Below, in pieces: positions 39,983-54,133 of a stretch of DNA of 64,000 bases; the first letter of the stretch is position 1; the number at the start of each line of letters is the position of its first letter. The notes under the pieces are model-generated. The model did no database searches, was not told the origin of the DNA, and saw only the letters and a program-made list of their open reading frames with translations. Origin of the DNA: Octopus vulgaris (lineage: Eukaryota); the NCBI GenBank assembly GCA_951406725.2, contig OX597836.1, positions 32,054,001 to 32,118,000 on the forward strand. Reading direction: 5' to 3'. The translations under genes were made by a program, and so were the position numbers.

Positions 39983-40023
39983 CACCTGATGAAGGCTGGA
40001 GAATAAATCATGCGAAACATAGT
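39983..40023 (+). ncRNA. Decayed hammerhead motif in a cassette fused to a SINE A 5' half
   Basis: CAC-CTGATGA-A-GGCTG gagaataaat CATGC-GAAA-CA..; cassette ends in (TGTAAATAA)3. Confidence 0.5.
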
Positions 40024-41879
40024 AAGAACAAACAAGATGAGAACACATATCCATCCAATGTAAATAATGTAAATAATGTAAATAATGGACATTATGTATT
40101 TAAAATAAAACTCTAATGAAATAACATATATTCAAGACATTCAAGCATGAGAATGGCCTTACATTATATCTAAAGTATTTATATTGTGGAAGAATCATAA
40201 AAACACATAAAAACTGTTAAATTCTCTTTTCGTTTATTTCATGAGATGTGAAAATTTTTATTGCACAACAGTTATGCGGTCAATGAAACAGTTATAATGT
40301 CATACCAAAATATTCAATGAAAGTCAGTTTACTATATTTTCCAGCAGACAAGCTGACAGAGTGTATAGTGTAAACCATTCAAGCATTGTCACTTTCTTTC
40401 CAAATCCTGCTGTATTTCATGAGGAACTTTCGTTCTTCCAAAGTTGTCTTGGTGTATAAGTCAACCTATCTTTTTCAGCTGTAAATTTTGGCTGGGTAAA
40501 CTTGACTTTTATAAGGAAAAATACAATAAGTTTTGTGCTTATTTTAAGTGATTCAAATGGTTCTTCTGCAATGTGATTGCTTCAGTCTCAACTGATGGTT
40601 TCAGATTAAGTTACTTGCTAGACTCAAAAGTAATTTTTAAAAATCCATAAGAACCCAAAATCCTTTTGTGACATACCATTCTGGAACAACAGGTCCTGAA
40701 GCACTGGTATTAGCTACTTACTATTATGTGTTTAACATAATAGTAGCTACTACTACTTCTACTGCTGCTGCTGTTGCTACTACTACTACTACTACTGCTG
40801 CTTTTGCTACTACTACTGCTGGTGCTGCTGCTATTGCTGCTATGATATTACTGCTGCTGCTGCTACTACTCCTACTTATATGAGATTTTCTTAAGCATTT
40901 CATACAAATTATATGAGATTTTCTTAACCATTTCATACAACGGCGGTGCATCAGCATGGCCACAGCTCTGAGCTGAAACTACAGCAAAAAAAAAAAAAAA
41001 AATCAAGTGCTATATGTAGTCCGTTGCTCAGTTTGGTGCCACTCTTAGGTGATTTAGTGGGCTTCTCAGAAGGTATCCAAGAACCAGAAGGAGATGTTAA
41101 AAGTGAGGGATGGATTAAATCTATCACTCAAGGACAGGAATGTTTCCCACCCTTGCAGGCTTCAACACAGTTTTTGTTTACAAAACTTCCTTTTAATTAT
41201 TCCCAACCAAGACTTCCCTCCCCTTTTCTCACTCTCTTTATGTTCAACCCACAACCCTTTTTTATACACTAATTCAAAAATAAATAAATAAAATATTTTT
41301 TTTTTAAATAAATAAATTATCAAAGGTCATTCTTGAGCCACAAGCTCATAAGGTCAGTTTTGCAGATATTCTGGCATATATATTCCACTCTTGGACAGGA
41401 TGCTGGTCTGTTACAAAATTACTCATTTTTGCCAGTCAAGTTTTGCTTGGCGTTTAGTTAAAATTTTTTGTTGAATAAAATTTATTGAAAAAAGTCGCAA
41501 TAATTATGCCCCAACCTAATATATATCGTCAGTTCATCATGAATCCAAAAGAGAAGTGCAATCGAAGTTAAAGAGCAGTAGAGTATTTAAAGATAGTTAT
41601 GGCTGGTTTGTAAGGTTACTCAGAGTTTTGCATCCATAAAATCCTGACCTACAAGCTGACTGGGTGGACTCTGGATAGCGGTCTAGAGGAGACAATCCCT
41701 TGTGCTTAACCATTCTCCGTTAACTGTGTATTCAACAATAATACTATTGCTGCTGCTGCTGCTACTACTACTACTGCTGCTGCTACTACTACTACTACTA
41801 CTACTAATTCTACTTCTTCTGCTGCTACTACTGCTGCTACTACTACTACTACTATATACTACTACTGCTGCTGCTGCTG

Positions 41880-41912
<33 letters not shown>

Positions 41913-42395
41913 AAGAACATGAAATTTGTATCATAAAACCAAAGGAGGTCTTGGTGGGTTGGTACAAAAAGGGTTAAATTTTGGTAGAGAATGGTCGAGC
42001 ATTTGTTTAGTTCTTCACAAACCTAACTTCTCACAAAAGCATGTTGTCAATATTTCAATTCACTTACATTACTAATGAACTTGAGAGATAGGCTTAAGTC
42101 ACACAGTCTCTGTTCTGCTGTGAATTTAACATGCTGAATGTGTGAAATCAATAAAATTATATTACGAAGAATTTCCATGAAAGAACTTCAGGTATTTGCC
42201 ATTATCTTTGATGTATGTCTTTGATACAGTACAAAAGAAAAAGTCAAGGAAAGATTTAAAATGACTTAGAGCAAATAAAATGCAAAAAGAAAAGAAAAAA
42301 AACAAAAAAAAAATTACTAGATTTTTAAATCAAGACAAAATTTTAAGATAAAAATAATAATAGGAGAAATAATGATGATGATGATGATGATGATG

Positions 42396-42426
<31 letters not shown>

Positions 42427-42891
42427 TAATAATAATAATGGTTTCAAATTTTGCCACAAGGGCAGCAATTTGCAGGAAGGGATGAGTCGATAACATTGAC
42501 CCCAGTACGCAACTGATACTTATTTTATCGACTCCGAAAGGATGAAAGGCAAAGTCGACCTCGGCAGAATTTGAACTCAGATTGTAGTGCCAGGCAAAAT
42601 ACTGCTAAGTATTTCGTCTGGTATGCTAACAATTCTGCCAGCTTGCCCGGGCGAAATGCCTAGTGGTATTTCATCTGCCGTTACGTTCCGAGTTCAAATT
42701 CCACCGATGTTGACTTTGCCTTTCGTCCTTTCAGGGTTGATTAAATAAGTACCAGTTAATCACTGGGGGCCGATGTAATCGACTTAATCTCTTTGTCTGT
42801 CCTTGTTTTTCCCCTCTATGCTTAGCCCTCTGTGGGCAAAAAAGAAATAAAATAATGAGGATAAAGATGAGAATGATGATAGCGATATTAT

Positions 42892-42925
<34 letters not shown>

Positions 42926-43183
42926 GCTACTGCTGCTGCTGCTGATGATGATACTATGGCTGCTGCTGCTACTATTGCTATTACTACAATTGTAATTTTG
43001 GCAGAGGAGGCTAGTTGATTATAGTACCGGTACTTCTTTAATGACCCCATAATGATGAAGGGCAAAGTCAAACTCAGTGGTGTTTGAACTCAGAATGTAA
43101 AACCATACATTTTGTCTAACAGTTCTGTCAGTTTGCCACCTGAATAATAATAATAATAATAATAATAACAACAACAACAACAA

Positions 43184-43258
<75 letters not shown>

Positions 43259-43298
43259 CACTACTACTACTAATAATAATAATAATAATAATAATAAT

Positions 43299-43373
<75 letters not shown>

Positions 43374-44261
43374 AATAATAATGATGATGATGATGATGGT
43401 TTCAAATTTTGGTGCAAGGCCAGCAATTTTGTGGGTGGGGTAAGTCGATTACATCGACCCAATAATAATAATGATAATAATGGTGCACTAGCTTGGTCAC
43501 AGCCTTTGAGCTGAAATGCATAAAAGAATAAAAGAATAATGATGATGATGATGATGACGACGACGACGATGATGGTAATGATGACGACAATAATAAAAAT
43601 GATAACGATAATAATAATAATGATGATGACGCTGATGATGATGATGGTATGTTGTAAAAATATAACAGGAAACTCTTAGGGATAAGCAATTTCTTTGAAG
43701 ATTAAAAGAATAGGAAGAGGAAAAAGCATTTAAAATTGAAAAGAAAAATCATTATGCCAGTTCTATGAGCAGCAAAGTTCTCGTAGAAACACTTTAAAAT
43801 CTTGTCTTGAAAGAAGTGCAGTACATAAAAATGAAGTAACATTTTATTTAAGATTAAATCAAGGGAATCAATGGAATATTTATTGAGAATATTTTATATA
43901 AATTCTGAAATAAGTTTGATTTGAACGAGAATGTAAAGAGGTGGATTGGGAGAGGTCTTAGTGGTTTGGTACTTAACAATATGCCATTAGGTACAGGCTT
44001 GGCTGTGTGGTAAGTAGTTTGTTTCCCAACCACATGGTTCTTGGTTCAGTCTTGCTGCAAGGCACCTTGGGCAAGTGTCCTCTACTACAACCTCGAATTG
44101 AGCAAGGCCTTGTAAGTAAGCGCAGGAATGGCTGTGTGGTAAGTAGCTTGCTTACCAACCACATGATTCTGGGTTCAGAGGCATGTGTCCTCTACTACAG
44201 CCCCGAATAGAGCAAAACATTGTGAGTAGATTTGTTAGACAGAAACTGTGTGCAAGCCCTA

Positions 44262-44492
44262 GGCGGCGAGCTGGCAGAAACGTTAGCACGCCGGGCAAAA
44301 TGCTTAGCAGTATTTCGTCTGCTATTATGTTCTGAGTTCAAATTCTGCCAAGGTCGACTTTGCCTTTCATCCTTTCGGGGTCGATAAATTAAGTACCAGT
44401 TAGGTACGGGGATTGATATAATCAACTTAATCCCCTTAACTGTCCTTGTTTGTCCCCTCTATGTTTAGCCCCTTGTGGGTAATAAATGAATA
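44262..44492 (+). mobile_element. SINE family B inserted into SINE A with a 19-bp TSD
   Basis: AGAAACTGTGTGCAAGCCC at 44241-44259 and 44493-44511. Confidence 0.9.
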
Positions 44493-44819
44493 AGAAACTG
44501 TGTGCAAGCCCATCATATATGATATATATATACATAGCTGCAGGTGTGGCTGTGTGGTAAGGAGCTTGCTTACCAACCACATAGTTCCAGGTTCAGTCCC
44601 ACTGCATGGCACTTTGGGCAAGTGTCTTCTGCTATAGTTTCCTGCCAATCAAAGCCTTGTGAGTGGATTTGGTAGATGGAAACTGAAAGAAACCTCGAGT
44701 AAAGATTATTTGTCAACATAACATGGCAGTCCTGGTTAAAGACAAATGTAGCTGTAATTTAACTTCAGGAGACATCATCTCCAACTGGCCATATGGCACA
44801 ATTTGTATTGATCATGAAT

Positions 44820-45230
44820 ACAAACAGTTGAAATGAGGTTCCTCCAAAGAATCTCTAGAGCGATGTTTCTTGACAGAGTATGCAGCTCAGAGAACAAGGA
44901 AGTCTCTCCAGGTTGAGCTACTACTCTCCTACATTGAGAGCTCACAGATCTGGTAATATCATCATCATCATCGTTAAACGTCCGCTTTCGATGATTGGAA
45001 TATTACAGGCAAAACTTGCAAGATGAGTTCATCAAACCAAGCCAGCCTAGGAATGGACCAAGAATGACATGGTTGGATAACCTCCATAGTTTTAGTTGGT
45101 CATGCCTGGGAATCAAACCAGAAAGTGTAGCGATGGTTGCTTCTAATAGGATCTAATGGAGGAGGCAGCTGAGCATTCTGCCCTAACAACCAGGAGTAGG
45201 GGGTGGGGAAGATGGATGGTGGGTGATTGG
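44820..45230 (+). pseudogene. RTE-like LINE 3' fragment
   Basis: EMRFLQRISRAMFLDRVCS...PRMTWLDNL; (GATG)-like tail. Confidence 0.55.
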
Positions 45231-45232
45231 AT

Positions 45233-45642
45233 TTACTCTTTTACTCTTTCACTTGTTTCAGTCATTTGACTGCAGCCATGCTGGAGCACCACCATTAGTC
45301 GAGCAAATCGACCCCGGGACTTATTCTTTGTAAGCGCAGTACTTATTCTATCGGTCTCTTTTGTTGAACTGCTAAGTGATGGGGACGTAAACACACCAGC
45401 ATCGGTTGACAAGCAATGTTAGAGGGACAAACACAGACACACAAACACATACACACACATACATATATATATACATATATACGACAGGCTTCTTTCGGTT
45501 TCCGTCTACCAAATCCACTCACAAGGCTTTGGTCAGCCCGAGGCTATAGCAGAAGACACTTGCCCAAGATGCCACGCAGTGGGACTGAACCCGGAACCAT
45601 GTGGTTGGTTAGCAAGCTACTTACCACACAGCCACTCCTGCA
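45233..45642 (-). mobile_element. SINE family A
   Basis: Full-length reverse-complement copy. Confidence 0.9.
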
Positions 45643-46489
45643 TATGTATTATGCAGTATTCATATAAAAAGCTGATCTGGCAGAATCGTTACTGTGCTGG
45701 GCCTTTCATCTGTCTGTCTGGATGTTCAGCGTTCAAACTCTGTCAAGATTCACTTTGCCTTTCATCCTTTCAGAGTTCATAAAATAAGTCCCAGGTAAGC
45801 ACTAGGGTCCATATAATCGACTTAGCTCCTTCCTTAAACTTGCTGGCTTTGTGCCAAAATTTGAAGCCAAATTTTAGCACAAACCTAATAAATGGTATAG
45901 GGCTCAGTGAATTGATTTTCCTTCAGGCCTCAGAGTCTAAGCACTCAATTCTGATCTATGTATGCTGTGACTTACTATCAACAAATAAATACCATAGTGG
46001 CCAGTGCATCGATTTGCCAAGGGGCCTATAATGTGTCTAAAGTTAGCTTTAATTACCATTTGTGGAAATTGATATAAAATTAGTCTAGCATTGTGAAATA
46101 TATTATTTCACATAAATTGCTAATTTAATTAAGAAAATCATTAATGGTAAAGACTTTCTTTTTTATCTTCCTTGAAAATCCAAGAGACAGTCTGTATGTG
46201 TGTTGAATTACAAACTTATATACACTCAACTCGTATTTTGTGGAGATTATAAAACACAATTTTAATTTTAATTTAAAGAAATTCTGTCAATTCAATATAA
46301 AATTCCTTTGATCTGTTTCATAATTTTATTCTGTATTTATCAACCATATTATTTTCATTATTTTTGTCATTTTAATTTTGTGTGTATGTTTTGTCTGTGT
46401 AAAACATGATAAGATAAAATAAACTTCCGACTACCAAATTTAAAAACAAGATCTCCCACAAACCTCATGAATTAAACTGATTTTACTGT

Positions 46490-46742
46490 TACTCTTTTGC
46501 TCTCTTTATTTACTCTTTCACTAGTTTCAGTCATTTGACTGTGGCCATGCTGGAGCACTGCCTTTAGTCGAGCAAATCGAACCCAGGACTTATTCTTTGT
46601 AAGCCTAGTACTTATTCTATCGGTCTCTTTTTGCCGAACCGCTAAGTTACGGGGATGTAAACACACCAGCATCGGTTGTCAAGCGATGTTGGGGGAACAA
46701 ACACAGACACACAAACATATACACACACACATACATATATAC

Positions 46743-46807
<65 letters not shown>

Positions 46808-46901
46808 GCGAATTTAATTTTATTTAATTTATATAAAATTTTTTATGTATTGGATTAAGTCTTTCTTTGTTTGATTTGCATAATAGTGGTTTTGTCTCTA
46901 A

Positions 46902-46944
<43 letters not shown>

Positions 46945-47107
46945 TACGATGGACTTCTTTCAGTTTCTGTATACCAAATCCACTCACAAGGCTTTGGTCG
47001 GCCCCAGGCTATAATAGAAGACACTTGCCCAAGGTGCCACACAGTGGGACTGAACCCAGAACCATGTGGTTCGTAAGCAAGCTACTTACTACACAGCCAC
47101 TCCTACA
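46490..47107 (-). mobile_element. SINE family A with a ~100-bp insertion in its internal (TA)n
   Basis: Insert at 46805-46908 resembles one arm of the palindrome at 62750-62945. Confidence 0.8.
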
Positions 47108-47484
47108 CCTATCTATTATTTCAGATAAAATAATATATCATTTTTCAATCATCATCATCATCATTATCATCACCATCATGATTGTTGCCATCATTGTTTT
47201 CATCATCATCATCATTGCTGTCAACGCTTGCATAGGTCAGATGCAGGTTTTAGAGATTGATTTTATATATGACCAAATGCCCTTCTCGTTATGGACCCTT
47301 ACCTGTTTCCAAGTAAGGTAATATTTTCCCATGGCCAGACATAATTTTGCAGGAAATTGGAAATGAATGACACTGCTTCTCATATGATAATGATACTCAT
47401 TTGCAATTATGGTATGGCAAAGCAATGAGAGACACAAACGCACACTTATACACACATTCTCACATATACACACATACATACATA

Positions 47485-47530
<46 letters not shown>

Positions 47531-48301
47531 GTCTTCCTTCTGTTAAATCTACTCACAATATTCAAATTGGCCCAGGTCTACTATAGTAAAAGACACTTGT
47601 AGTGAGATTGAACCTGAAACCATGAGGTTGTGAAACAAACTTCTTCATCACAGCCACACCTGATCCTACCAAAAAATATCATCATCATCGTTTAACATCT
47701 GTTTTCTATGCTAGCATGGGTCGGGCGGTTTGATCGGGGTTTGGGAAGCCAGGAGGCTGCACCAGGCTCCAGTCTGATCTGGCAGTGATTCTACAGCTGG
47801 ATGCCCTTCCTAATGCCAACCACTCCATGAGTGTAGTAGGTGCTTTTAAAACGTGCCACTGGCACAGGGGCCAGAGAAGGCTGGCAATGGCCATGATCAG
47901 TTGGTGCTTTTTACGTGCCACTGGCACGGATGCCAGTCAAGGTGGCACTGGCATCAGCCATGTTCAGATGGTGCTTTTAACGTGCCACAGGCACGTGTGT
48001 TTGTGTTTGTCCCCCACAACATCGCTTGACAACCAATGTGGGTGTGTTTACATCCCCGTAACTTAGCAGTTTGGCAAAAGGGTCCCATAGTATAAGTACT
48101 AGGCTTACAAAGAATAAGTCCTTGAGTCGATTTGCTCAACTAAAGGCAGTGCTCCAGCATGGCCACGGTCAAATGACTAAAAGAAGTAAAAGAGTAACAT
48201 ACACTGAAATATTCCCAAACATGAAAACTACAGCTACTTGACCTGATAAAAATACCAGCCAAGTCTCCTTCAAATTGGCGAGAAATACACATCATTGTGT
48301 G

Positions 48302-48636
48302 GAAAATACCTGGCACTCCATTGGTTGTGAAGAGGAGGGTTCCAGTTGATCCGATCATCAGAACAGCCTGCTCGTGAAATTAATTTACAAGTGGTTGAGT
48401 ACTCCACAGACATGCATAGCCTTAACATAGTTCTCAGGGAGATTCAGCATGGCACCAGATGTGAGTAACAAGGCTGGCCGTTTGAATTATAGATACAACT
48501 TATTTCTGTCAGTTGTGTAGACTGGAGTAATGTGAAATAAAATGTGGACAAGGATACCACATGATGCTGGGAATCGAACTCACAACTTTATGGTTGTGAG
48601 ACAAGTACCTTAACCACTAACCCATACATCTTCACT
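48302..48636 (-). mobile_element. Old tRNA-headed SINE
   Basis: Minus-strand head GTGAAGATGTATGGGTTAGTGGTTAAGG...GAGTTCGATTCCC; partly homologous to 1590-1840 and 27700-28035. Confidence 0.6.
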
Positions 48637-48705
48637 ATGAGGGAAATGGAACCTTGATTGAGAAAGAACATTGTTCAGGAAAAAGTCATTTACGTGAATG
48701 TAAAT

Positions 48706-49140
48706 ATTCTTTTCCACTCTAGGCACAAGGCCTGAAATTTTGGGGGAGGATACCAGTCAATTAGATCAACTCCAGTATGCAACTGGTACTTAATTTATTG
48801 ACCTCAAAAAGATGAAATGCAAAGTTGACCTCCGCAGAATTTGAACTCAGAACGTAAAGGCAGATGAAATACCACTAAGCTTTTCACCCAGCATGCTAAT
48901 GTTTCTTATTTCTTTACTGCCCACTAGGGGCTACATACAGAGGGGACAAACAAGGACAAACAAACGGATAAAGTCGATTACATTGACCCCAGTGCATACC
49001 TGGTACTTATTTAATCGACCCCGAAAGGATGAAAGGTAAAGTCAACCTCTGCGGAATTTGAACTCAGAATGTAGCGGCAGATGAAATACCGCTAAGCATT
49101 TCGCCTAGCATGCCAATGTTTCTGCCAGCTCACCACCTCA
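48706..49140 (-). mobile_element. Two tandem SINE family B copies with different 3' ends
   Basis: Two reverse-complement B cores. Confidence 0.8.
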
Positions 49141-51067
49141 TAGGAATGCAAATATTGTACAATGTATATATTGAGTTCACAAAATATGAAGTGTAATATC
49201 TTTAAAATGAATGTTTTTAATTAAACAATATTAAAAGATTATTTATTAAACCTTCACAGAGAAAACAAAGTAAATGTCAATAGTTTACCCAATTAACAAG
49301 CACCAAATAAAAATCTATATTTCTGAAAATGAAAATAAAAATTTGGTTAATAATTTTCTAATTCTTAAATACAAAGACTCTTTGTATTTAAACAGGAAAT
49401 TGTTTATATTAAAGTATCTTTTTACACGAACAAATTAATTTAAAACATTTTATTTGTCTCACCATCAGTAAAATGATGGTTATCATATTATTAAACAAAG
49501 CAAGTAATATTGTTCGGTTTTGTTTTTTTTTCCTAATTTTCAATCTTTAAAGTAGATTTTAAAAAAAAAATTACCCCATAACTTAGCGGTTTGGTAAAAG
49601 AGACCAATAGGATTGGTACCAGGCATTAAAAGAAAAACAAAAAAAAAGAAAACAAATGGTAAAAAACTTGCTTCCTGACCACATGGTTCTAGGTTCAGTC
49701 CCACTGTGTGACACCTTGGGCATGTGTCCTCTACTACAGACCCGAATAGAACAAAACCTTGTGAGTAGATTTGGTAGACAGAAACTGTGCAAGCCCAAGG
49801 CAGCGAGCTGGCAGAAACATTAGTACGCCGGTTAAAATGCTTAGCACTATTTCGTCTGTCTTTACGTTCTGAGTTCAAATTCCGCCGAGGTCGACTTTGC
49901 CTTTCATCCTTTCGAGGTCGATAAATTAAGTACCAGTTATGTACTGGGGTCAATGTAATCGACTTAATCCCTTTGTCTGTCTTTGTTTGTCCTCTCTACG
50001 TTTAGCTCCTTGTGGGCAATAAAGAAATAAGAAGGATAGTTGTACAGGGGGTGTAACCCCCAAGTGCATGAAGGACTGAAACGGTAGATGAGGCTGATGA
50101 GCACAATATGGCCAGTGGCTCAGAAGACATGGCAAGAAAGATGTGCGGTATATTAAGGACACACTCTTGATGGAATACAGATTTGTGCCCAGTATTTATG
50201 GAAAAGATTGAGAACCCCACCATGCACATATTTGCACCTGAATCTTCAACTATTCAAATGCAGATCCTTGACGTTCAGCCTGCTGAGAGCAGATGATACC
50301 TATATCTGGAATTTCCCAATGACTGCTTCCTGTAAGGAATAGAATGAACATATTCTATGTCAGTCAGGCATATTGGAGCCGGTGAGAATTAAATGTATCA
50401 TTGAAAAGGAACAGCTACAACAATAACAACAACAACAGTAAGGATAGCAACCACAACAACAACGACAAGAGCAGCAACAGCAACAACAACTCAGTGGCTG
50501 TTGTAATAAGATATAAACTCAGCAACTCAACATCACAGACATTGTTCTTCTGTGTGACTGTATGACCCAAAGGATAGGAATCGATTTATAATCCTGAAAC
50601 GTATCTGAAAAACGATTGGAAATCGGACTAACTGAAACACGGTAGAAGTCGAACTAACTGAAACATGTAAATATCAAAGATGTAGTTAATGGCCTGCAAA
50701 ATTTAAATAGTCTTTGATCTTTGCCGATTCTGTTTCTGCTTTGCTGATGCATTTCTCCTGGAATGGAAATAAACATTCAATTATCAATCATAAATCTGCT
50801 AAACGTATTGATTTAAGTAATGCAAGATTAGAAGAGACATTATTTCTTTTTTTTTTTTTTATTGTTTAGTACTAGACCAGCTCTGATCAAGCTGACCTGT
50901 GATAAAAAAAACAAAAACAGAAAGAGCATTTTAGCCATGACCAAATAGTTTTCCTTAGTTTTTTAAACAATATGTTTAAATAACTATTTAACTACACATA
51001 CACACTCAGACACACATCATCATCATCATCGTTTAACGTCCGCTTTCCATGCTAGCATGGGTTGGAC

Positions 51068-51076
51068 AAAAAAAAA
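51068..51076 (-). terminator. Pol III oligo(T) terminator of tRNA-Lys
   Basis: T9 run after a 7-nt trailer AAGGCAG. Confidence 0.6.
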
Positions 51077-51083
51077 CTGCCTT

Positions 51084-51156
51084 CGCCCACAGGGGGACTC
51101 GAACCCACAACCCTCAGATTAAAAGTCTGATGCTCTACCAACTGAGCTATGCGGGC
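51084..51156 (-). tRNA. trnK: tRNA-Lys(UUU), gene or recent retrocopy
   Basis: GCCCGCA TAGCTCAGTTGGTAGAGCA TCAGA CTTTTAA TCTGA GGGTT GTGGG TTCGAGT CCCCC TGTGGGC G; 73 nt, one T-stem mismatch, oligo-T 8 nt downstream. Confidence 0.88.
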
Positions 51157-51723
51157 GCAGCTATATATGTATATATAAGGTGCAGGTGTGGCTGTGTCAT
51201 AAAAAGCTTGCTTCCCAATCACATGGTTCTGGGTTCAGTTACACTGTGTGGCACCTTGAGTAAGTGTCTTCTACTATAGCCTCAGGTCAACCAAAGTCTT
51301 GTGAGCAGATTTGGTAGATGGAAACTGAAAGGAGCCTGTCGTACATTGCTTGTGTTTGATTTTGTTGACTACATAGTATAGTAGGATCAGTTGGGCACTG
51401 CCTGTGAGAAAAACAGCACCTTGACATAATTTACTCTGCCAGAAATTTGGAAACAATATACAACTGTAATATGCTGTATTGTTTGGCATTCGTGTTGGAA
51501 GCTCCAATTTGTGCTAAAATTTGGTTTCAAATTTTGGCACAAAGCCAGCAAGTTTGAGGAAGGAGCTAAGTCGATTATATGGACCCTAGTGCTTACCTGG
51601 GACTTATTTTATGAACTCTGAAAGGATGAAAGGCAAAGTGAATCTTGACAGAGTTTGAACTCTGAACATCCAGACAGATGGACAAAAGGCCCAGCACAGT
51701 AATGATTCTGCCAAATCAGCTCC

Positions 51724-51975
51724 ATTTCAGAGTGTTTGGGTGTCAATCTGAGGACAGTGTAGAGGATTTGGAAAGAATTGGATGAGTCTTATGGTGATTA
51801 CAAAGGTACAGCAGCTTGGAAAACTCACTCTGATTGTTCTGGTGAGAAAAGAACACCTGAATTTGCTGGTAAGATCCAGGCCATCATTGACAACAATCTC
51901 TCCAAGTCAATCAGGCCCATCGCCAGGAATATGGGTGTGTCTCAGTTTCTATAAGGCAGGTAGTATTGTGATGAA
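51724..51975 (+). pseudogene. Tc1/mariner-superfamily transposase HTH remnant
   Basis: ISECLGVNLRTV*RIWKEL...KRTPEF..IQAIIDNNLSKSIRPIARNMGVSQ. Confidence 0.65.
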
Positions 51976-52336
51976 TATCTTTACCTTTCAATTGTGGTGA
52001 TGCCTAGACATTGTCTTGAGAGGATTTTAGTCAAACAAATTGATTCCAGTAAAGTCTGGTACCTATTCTGTTGGTTTCTTTTATCAAATGCCTGAGTTAC
52101 AGGGGCATAAACAAAGCGACACAGGTTACCAAGCAGTGGGAAGACAGAGACAAATGCAAAGACACAGACACACATACATACATTTTCTATGGCTGGATGC
52201 TCTTCCTGTTGCAAACCCTTAATATTACCTTAAGCAAGGTACTATTTCTTCAAGGGCAGATATATTTCTACAGCATATTGGAAATATATGACATTTATCT
52301 ACAACATCACAAAATGTCAAAACAAGGCCACACATA

Positions 52337-52501
52337 GGCACAGGAGTGGCTGTGTGGTAAGTAGCTTGTTTACCAACCACATGGTTCTGAGTTCAGTCCC
52401 ACTGCATGGCACCTTGGGCAAGTGTCTTCTACTATAGCCTCGGGCCGACCAAAGCCTTAAGAGTGGATTTGGTAGGTGGAAACTGAAAGAAGTCCGTCGT
52501 A

Positions 52502-52563
<62 letters not shown>

Positions 52564-52775
52564 CATATATGTTTGTGTGTCTGTGTTTGTCCCCCTAGCA
52601 TTGCTTGACAACTGATGCTGGTGTGTTTATGTCCCCATCACTTAGCGGTTCGGCAAAAGAGACCGATAGAATAAGTACTGAGCTTACAAAGAATAAGTCC
52701 CGGGGTTGAGTTGCTTGATTAAAGGCGGTGCTCCAGCATGGCCGCAGTCAAATGACTGAAACAAATAAAAGAGTA
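52337..52775 (+). mobile_element. SINE family A
   Basis: Full-length copy. Confidence 0.9.
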
Positions 52776-53914
52776 TACATGCATACATGACAGGCTTCTG
52801 TTTACCAAATCCACTCACAAGAATTTCAGTTAACCTGAAGATATAGTAGAAAACATTTGCCCAAGGTTCCACACAGTAGGACTGCACCTGAAACCATGTG
52901 GTCGAGAAGCAGACTTCTTACCACAGAGCTATTCCTGAAACTACAAATAATATTATGAAAGATCAAAAGTTATGGAGTGACTGAACAATAGAACATCGCA
53001 ATATATGGAAATATCTATTATGTAACTGATGTAATTTATGCTTACACAAAATTATCGATAGATGATGATACTAGGCGAAAACATAAATGGAATTTTAGAA
53101 TTAGTTACAAGGTTTGTATTATAGAACATCACAATGTTGGAGATATCTGTAGAAAAGTTATATCAGATAAAATAATGCAACAAGGTAATTTGGAAAGTGT
53201 AAGGTTATGCCTGTTCATATAAAACCTAATTTTGATATTTTTTTTTTCTTCTTTTTTTATGCAAGTTTTACCAATGTCTTCAGGCAACATTAAAATTTTT
53301 TTTTTTTTTTTTTTTTTGGTTTTTTCCAATATTCCTTTTGGCAATAATGTGACAATGATTCTTAGTTCTTTATTGTTATTTTGATTATTTTGTTATGACA
53401 ATTCAAACACGTCAGCTCATTTGATACGAAAATGTTTTGAGACAAGATAAGAATTTCGGGGAAATGGAATCGTGAGTAATAATATTGAAACTACTGTTAT
53501 TTCTTCTTTAATTTATTTATTTTTTATTTTTTGTTTTGACTATTAAAGAAAGAATTATGCCCATGAAACACAATTACCAAGTATTCTCTTAAGTGCCAAA
53601 ACATAATAAAATCTTAATCTTCAAAACATAACAGCAACACAGTATTTTACAGACAAATACACAGAGACCAAACTTATTTAAAATAGAATTATGGGGGTCG
53701 CATGCACCCATGTCAACACTATTTTCTTTAGCTTCCCCAATATTTCTTTAATGTGTGATAACATTCAAACTGAAATTTAAACTGTGACAAAGAAAATCTA
53801 AAACAGTTTTATGTTTGTTAGTCACATGACATGTCTTTGGCTCCATCAGTTTTGTCAGCATTGTTGTTGTTGATATTGTAATAGTTGTATTAGTTTCTCT
53901 AACCAGTCTATCCA

Positions 53915-53977
<63 letters not shown>

Positions 53978-54133
53978 CATTTCCCCTCTCTCTTTTTAGC
54001 AATGTATTCTGTTGTCATATATTTCTCTTTCTCATAACTTAATTGTTACTCTCTTTGTCCTACTATTTCTATACTCTCCCTATATCTCCTGTCCCCCACT
54101 CTCTCTCTATTTAAAAGGAAACCAAAAAAGCTA

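Noticed and set aside
50035-50560. Unique moderate-GC stretch with CAA repeats as a possible host exon
   Set aside because: Stops in the frames examined and no recognisable domain
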